From an uncultured Gaiellaceae bacterium (lineage in GTDB: Bacteria; Actinomycetota; Thermoleophilia; Gaiellales; Gaiellaceae), in NCBI GenBank assembly GCA_963802765.1, contig CAWDJZ010000003.1, positions 217,987 to 241,986 of the forward strand: a DNA stretch of 24,000 nt, written 5' to 3'. Made by a program: the position numbers and the translations under genes. This document shows, piece by piece, positions 20,926-24,000 of this stretch. Position 1 is the stretch's first letter. The number at the start of each line of letters is the position of its first letter. Under the pieces are notes generated by a model. That model did no database searches. It was not told the origin of the DNA and was given only the letters and a program-made list of their open reading frames with translations.

Positions 20926-23900
20926 TCCGGCAGGGCGAACTCCGCGATCAGGTCGAAGTCGCCTGCGAGCACGCGGTCGATCCGTCCCGTGCGCGCGCCG
21001 GACGCATACCTGACGAGTGGGGAGGGCTCGCGCCGGTAGCGGCGCACGATCACCGCTTCGGCGCCGTCCGTGCTCGCCCAGCCGGGATCGAGCGCGGCGA
21101 CGCTGACGACAACCGTCGCACGGTCGAAGGAGCTCTCGCCGGCCGGCGTCTCCAGGACGTGCATGCCGTTCTCCCCGCGGAGGAGCGTGTAGGCGCCGAG
21201 CCCGACAACCTCGAGTATGCGCGTGTCGTGCCCGTCCGCCTCGCGGATCTGCATCCCTCGCCCGGCTGCCCAGCTGACGTACATCTCGCTGAGCTCCACA
21301 ACGAATGCCGCACAGGCGTTGGCATCGTCGCCGTGCCCGGGTCGGAGCGTGATCCGCGCGTCACTCGGCTCGCCGTCCTCGAGGCCTCTGAGCGCGCCAC
21401 GCAGGACGAGCAGCCGCCGCGACAGCAGCTCGACGAGCTCGCGCGAATGCGTCTCGCGTCCGGACGCGAGCCTTCCGGCGAGCCGTTTGGCGGTCCGGGT
21501 CGCGGCTTCCAGCCGGTCGAGGTACTCGACTCGGGCGAGCACGCCGGTACGTGCGTCCGACTCCCAGAACCCGGGCTCGTGCATCGACCCGAGCGCCTCT
21601 TCCTTCACGCTTCGCCAATGCTGCGACTCGTCGTCCACCGCCTCGAGCTCGGCGCGAAGGAACGCAGCCTCGGCCTGAGAGCCCTGCGGGTCGAGCGCGA
21701 GGGCGGCAAGCGTCAGCGCGCCGTCGGGCGGGGCGACACCGAGCGGCTCATCGGCTGCGTTCGGGTCGACGAAGGTGACCTCGAGACCCGCGCCGGGCCG
21801 CGCCGTGATGAAGAGGAACTGGTCTCCCGCGGGAAACGTGCGCTCGACGATCGCCTCCGCGAGGCGGGTGAGCAGATGCCGTTCGACCGCCCGCTTGAGC
21901 GGCCGCGCGCCGAGCTCGGCGGTGAACCCCTTCTCGATCAGGAAGTCGATCGCCGCCTCGTCCCACTCGACCGCCCACGGCTGCATGCGAAAGCCACGCC
22001 TGCGCAGGACGTCGGTCAGCTCCTTCTCGAGCAGGTCGCGCATCACCCCGCGGCCGAGCGGGCGAAAGACGACGACGCGGTCGAGCCGATTCAGGAACTC
22101 CGGCCGGAACGACCGCTCGACCGACCTGAGCACACCGGAGGCGTCGAATGCCTCCGTCCGTCCGACGAAGCCGACGCCGGGGCCTGTCGGGATCGCAGAG
22201 CCGAGATTCGAGGTGAGGATGATCACGCAATGGCGCAGGTCGACCGTGCGGCCGTTCCGGTCGGTGAGACGGCCGTCGTCGAAGACCTGGAGGAAGATGT
22301 CCCAGATCTGCGGATGCGACTTCTCGAACTCGTCGAGGAGGAGGACCGAGAAGGGCTGCTTGCGGACCTGGGCGATCAGCGGCGCGGCGTGCTTCTCGGT
22401 GGCGGCGTCGCCGAGCAGCCGGTCCAGGCTCTCGGGCGTCTGGTACTCGCTCATGTCGAGGCGGACCAGCCGGTCCTCGGAGCCGAAGACGAAGGCGCTG
22501 AACGCCTTGGCGATCTCCGTCTTGCCGGTGCCGGTCGGGCCGACGAAGAGGAAGACCCCGAGCGGCCGGGTCGGGTCGGTGAGCCCCGCTTTCACGAGCG
22601 CGATTCGCTCCACGAGGCAATCGACCGCTTCGGGCTGCCCGAGTACCCTCGCCTCGAAGAACGCACGGACGCGCTCGAGGCTCAGCGTCGCGCGCGGGTC
22701 GAGCACGTGGAGCGGCAGTCCGGTCGCGTCGCTCAGCGTCGAGATCACCGTCTCCGGCGAGACCTCCGAGGCGACGCCGCGGCGGATTCGGTCGCGCACG
22801 AGCTCGAGCAAGCGCAGCAGGTTCCCGGGGGCCGCCGTGGCGGGCAGATAGTGCGACGCGAGATCGAGCGCTTCGGCGAGCGTGTCGTCGTCCACCTCGA
22901 GCTCGTTCTGTGCCGCCCAGCCGCGTGCCACCTCGAGCGCGTCGGCATCGGAGATCGGCGTCAGGCGCACGACCTCGAAGAGACGCGCGACCCGTGGCCG
23001 CTGCTGGATGACGAGCTCGTACGCGAGCGGGTCGATCTCGCCCACGACGATCGCGTCGCCCGACTCGACGAACGGGAGCAGCGCGTCGAGGACCCCGCGC
23101 GGGCTCTGCATGTGCTGGCCGGACCAGAGTGCCTCCTCGAAGCTCGGGAAGATCCAGGCGATCTTGCGTCCCGCGGTCCGGCGGACGATGTCGTGCACGC
23201 GCTCTTCGAGCATGCCGATGAACGCCTGGCCGGCGTTCACGTCCGCTGCACTCGCCTGAAACGCGAGCCAGCCGCCCTCGAGCCGGCGAACCGCCTCGAG
23301 GATCAGCGACGTCTTGCCCGCCCCGGGGTCGCCGACGAGCAGCACTGAGCGTGGCTGCGGCGAGTCGAGCGCGGCCGCGATCGCGTCGACCGCGATCGCG
23401 CGGGAGCCGACGATCGTCGCCGCGGGGAGTTCGTCCGGCTCGAGCACGCGGCCGAGCTCCTTGAAGAAGGTGACGTCGACGAACGAGCGGCGCCACTCCT
23501 GCATCGCGGGCTCGAACGCGACACGCGTCCGCTCGCTCCCGGCACGGAGGATCTCGTCGACGACGGGTTGCAGGCTCGCCTCGAGCTCGCCGAGCTCTTC
23601 GGCGGTGACGGTCTCGCCGGCCGCGACCCGGGCATCGACGAAGCGGGCGACCTCCTTGATGATCGGGGCATCGCTCCAGTCCTCCTCCGCCGCGCGCAGG
23701 ATCTCGAGCGTGAGACGGCCCTCGCACACTGCGAGCGCGCGCAACAGGAGCTGGCGCTCACCCCACTCGGCGCGTTCGAAGCGGCCGGCCGCCCACTCCG
23801 GCCAGCCACCCGGTGCTCGGCGTCCGGCAGCGATCGCGCCGAGCGCGCCCACGCGCAGGTGCTTGCTCGGCGCGCGCGCCGCGTCGGCGAACGCGCTGTA

Positions 23901-23966
23901 CGGCACGCGATCCTCGCTGCCGAGGAGCTCGACGAGCCGCTCGAAGTCCTCGTCATCGTCGAGCAT
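20922..23966 (-). CDS. ClpA/ClpC-type double AAA+ ATPase with an N-terminal helical domain and a C-terminal class-I release-factor-like module lacking the GGQ domain; frame stays open to the window end at 24000
   Basis: D1 has 'VLLVGDPGAGKTSL' with ClpA/B D1-like context ('AYELVIQQRPRVARLFEVVRLTPIS', 'APGNLLRLLELV'). D2 has 'LGQPEAVDCLVERIALVKAGLTDPTRPLGVFLFVGPTGTGKTEIAKA', 'SVLLLDEFEKSHPQIWDIFLQVFDDGRLTD', 'VIILTSNLGS', 'FRPEFLNRLDRVVVFRPL' and 'GARPLKRAVE'. The C-terminus has 'EPGFWESDAR', 'ARITLRPGHGDDANACAAFVVELSEMYVSWAAGRGM', 'GLGAYTLLRGENGMHVL' and 'VRRYRREPSPLVRYASGARTGRIDRVLAGDFDLI', all RF1/RF2-like. There are no frameshifts in 3 kb. The codons upstream of ATG 23966 (LAERHPWLDAD) contain no stop, so the true start may lie beyond the window. 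Confidence 0.85.
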   Translation of the reverse strand: MLDDDEDFERLVELLGSEDRVPYSAFADAARAPSKHLRVGALGAIAAGRRAPGGWPEWAAGRFERAEWGERQLLLRALAVCEGRLTLEILRAAEEDWSDAPIIKEVARFVDARVAAGETVTAEELGELEASLQPVVDEILRAGSERTRVAFEPAMQEWRRSFVDVTFFKELGRVLEPDELPAATIVGSRAIAVDAIAAALDSPQPRSVLLVGDPGAGKTSLILEAVRRLEGGWLAFQASAADVNAGQAFIGMLEERVHDIVRRTAGRKIAWIFPSFEEALWSGQHMQSPRGVLDALLPFVESGDAIVVGEIDPLAYELVIQQRPRVARLFEVVRLTPISDADALEVARGWAAQNELEVDDDTLAEALDLASHYLPATAAPGNLLRLLELVRDRIRRGVASEVSPETVISTLSDATGLPLHVLDPRATLSLERVRAFFEARVLGQPEAVDCLVERIALVKAGLTDPTRPLGVFLFVGPTGTGKTEIAKAFSAFVFGSEDRLVRLDMSEYQTPESLDRLLGDAATEKHAAPLIAQVRKQPFSVLLLDEFEKSHPQIWDIFLQVFDDGRLTDRNGRTVDLRHCVIILTSNLGSAIPTGPGVGFVGRTEAFDASGVLRSVERSFRPEFLNRLDRVVVFRPLGRGVMRDLLEKELTDVLRRRGFRMQPWAVEWDEAAIDFLIEKGFTAELGARPLKRAVERHLLTRLAEAIVERTFPAGDQFLFITARPGAGLEVTFVDPNAADEPLGVAPPDGALTLAALALDPQGSQAEAAFLRAELEAVDDESQHWRSVKEEALGSMHEPGFWESDARTGVLARVEYLDRLEAATRTAKRLAGRLASGRETHSRELVELLSRRLLVLRGALRGLEDGEPSDARITLRPGHGDDANACAAFVVELSEMYVSWAAGRGMQIREADGHDTRILEVVGLGAYTLLRGENGMHVLETPAGESSFDRATVVVSVAALDPGWASTDGAEAVIVRRYRREPSPLVRYASGARTGRIDRVLAGDFDLIAEFALPD

Positions 23967-24000
23967 GTCCGCGTCGAGCCATGGATGACGCTCGGCGAGC

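Noticed and set aside
20436-23348. 970-aa ORF on the plus strand opposite the AAA+/RF-like gene
   Set aside because: It is the antisense shadow of a strongly supported minus-strand gene. Its translation is Arg/Ala/Gly/Asp/Glu-rich with no recognisable motif. Long stop-free antisense frames are expected at this GC content.

Overview
Very high-GC (about 70% or more by eye) chromosomal segment of Gram-positive type, possibly a deep actinobacterial lineage; that placement is low-confidence inference. It carries a housekeeping gene order very like the Bacillus subtilis comE-holA-rpsT-lepA-hemN-hrcA-dnaJ-prmA-yqeV region. From the left: a DsbA-like gene and lysA on the minus strand, then leuS, comEA, comEC, holA, rpsT(-), murJ, lepA, an SRPBCC-ArsR regulator(-), hemW, hrcA, dnaJ, prmA, mtaB, a HIT protein, yqeY, a wHTH-methyltransferase and a lipoprotein. 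On the minus strand, running off the right edge, is a 1014+ aa ClpA/ClpC-type double AAA+ ATPase. Its C-terminal ~250 aa look like a class-I peptide release factor (RF1/RF2) with the catalytic GGQ domain cleanly removed. I do not recognise this architecture as a characterised family, and it is the most interesting object here. Second is an in-frame TGA exactly at the first Cys of the CxxC motif of the DsbA-like gene, followed by a hairpin at SECIS-like spacing (candidate selenoprotein). Data-quality caveat: about 45-50 frame switches (my count by eye) break lysA, leuS, comEA, comEC, murJ, lepA, hemW, dnaJ and the methyltransferase, while protein similarity continues straight across each switch. 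This looks like indel error rather than biology, and it is about ten-fold denser left of ~10.9 kb. Gene ends are therefore given as whole-gene spans, not as the ORF-track fragments. I saw no tRNA, rRNA, CRISPR array, IS element or prophage genes. All homology statements come from reading the translations; no searches were run.
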